From a virus: DNA of 17,848 nt. The notes beneath the pieces are model-generated. The model did no database searches and was not told where the DNA came from. It saw only the letters and a program-made list of their open reading frames with translations. Below are positions 16,853-17,848 of the stretch, piece after piece. Location of the stretch: the UHGV virus genome UHGV-0189394; one strand, 5' to 3'. A program made the position numbers and the translations under genes. Position 1 is the stretch's first letter. Each line of letters starts with the position of its first letter.

Positions 16853-17848
16853 ATGATACAACCTATTTCCGGCCCTCCTCCTGGGCAACCACCAGGTCAG
16901 GGAGATAACCTGCCGTCTGGCGCGGGCAATCAGCCTTTATCCAGTCAGCAACGTACTTCGCTGGAAAGCTTAATGACGAAAGTGACCTCACTGACGCAAC
17001 AACAAAGAGCAGAACTGTGGGCGGGTATCAGGCACGATATTGGTCTGTCGGGAGATTCACCGCTGCTTTCGCGTCACTTCCCTGCCGCTGAGCATAATCT
17101 GGCGCAACGTCTGCTGGCCGCGCAAAAAAGCCATTCTGCCCGCCAGCTTTTAGCGCAATTAGGGGAGTATTTACGTCTGGGGAATAATCGTCAGGCGGTC
17201 ACGGATTATATCCGTCATAACTTTGGTCAGACGCCGCTGAATCAGCTCTCACCGGAGCAATTAAAAACCATTCTCACCCTGTTGCAGGAAGGGAAGATGG
17301 TTATTCCGCAACCACAGCAGCGCGAGGCGACCGACCGTCCTTTATTACCGGCGGAGCACAATGCGCTAAAACAGCTGGTGACCAAACTTGCGGCGGCAAC
17401 GGGGGAACCCAGCAAACAGATCTGGCAATCGATGCTGGAACTTTCCGGGGTGAAAGATGGCGAGTTAATTCCAGCGAAACTGTTTAACCATCTGGTGACC
17501 TGGTTGCAGGCGCGCCAGACGTTAAGCCAGCAAAATACGCCGACGCTGGAATCACTACAGATGGCGCTAAAACAACCTTTAGATGCCAGTGAACTGGCGG
17601 CGTTATCGGCATATATCCAGCAAAAATATGGCCTTTCTGCGCAATCATCGCTTTCTTCTGCCCAGGCCGAGGATATTCTTAATCAGCTTTATCAACGGCG
17701 GGTTAAAGGGATTGATCCGCGTGATATGCAACCGCTGCTTAATCCTTTTCCACCGATGATGGACACGTTGCAAAATATGGCAACGCGTCCCGCGCTGTGG
17801 ATACTGTTAGTCGCGATTATCCTGATGCTGGTCTGGCTGGTTCGTTAG
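16853..17848 (+). CDS. flk: flagellar regulator Flk-like protein (host chromosomal gene)
   Basis: 331-aa ORF with TAAGGA RBS; Pro/Gln-rich N-terminus (MIQPISGPPPGQPPGQ...) and a single C-terminal transmembrane anchor (ALWILLVAIILMLVWLVR), matching enterobacterial Flk as I recall it. Complete gene, stop TAG 17846-17848. Confidence 0.7.
   Translation: MIQPISGPPPGQPPGQGDNLPSGAGNQPLSSQQRTSLESLMTKVTSLTQQQRAELWAGIRHDIGLSGDSPLLSRHFPAAEHNLAQRLLAAQKSHSARQLLAQLGEYLRLGNNRQAVTDYIRHNFGQTPLNQLSPEQLKTILTLLQEGKMVIPQPQQREATDRPLLPAEHNALKQLVTKLAAATGEPSKQIWQSMLELSGVKDGELIPAKLFNHLVTWLQARQTLSQQNTPTLESLQMALKQPLDASELAALSAYIQQKYGLSAQSSLSSAQAEDILNQLYQRRVKGIDPRDMQPLLNPFPPMMDTLQNMATRPALWILLVAIILMLVWLVR

Noticed and set aside
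1-17848. CRISPR arrays, tRNA or rRNA genes, integrase or transposase genes
   Set aside because: No short regularly spaced direct repeats, no cloverleaf-like conserved tRNA segments and no recombinase-like ORFs were found on either strand.

Overview
Most of this window is the late/tail region of a P2-like temperate myovirus prophage in an enterobacterial chromosome, ending at the host gene flk; I found no coherent multi-gene novel system, only candidate accessory loci. Calls rest on reading the translations and recalling protein families from memory; no searches were run. On the + strand sit tail-completion genes R and S, then the baseplate/tail-fibre operon V-W-J-I-H-tfa (1784-8910). A bidirectional terminator separates it from the sheath-tube-chaperone-tape measure-U block (FI-FII-E/E'-T-U), which lies on the - strand (8943-14610), inverted relative to the P2 order as I recall it. 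D and ogr are transcribed divergently from FI (14764-16253), with a single TGT-N12-ACA Ogr-type box in the shared 153-bp spacer. A Hok-family type I toxin ORF, a strong terminator and flk (16853-17848) follow. The left edge carries the 3' part of a SASA/SGNH esterase-like gene and an orphan 55-aa membrane-protein ORF. The candidates worth a second look are the esterase plus small membrane ORF at the left edge, the inverted block with its shared late-promoter box, the mosaic tail fibre and chaperone, and the hok-like locus. No CRISPR array, tRNA, rRNA, integrase or recombinase was recognised.
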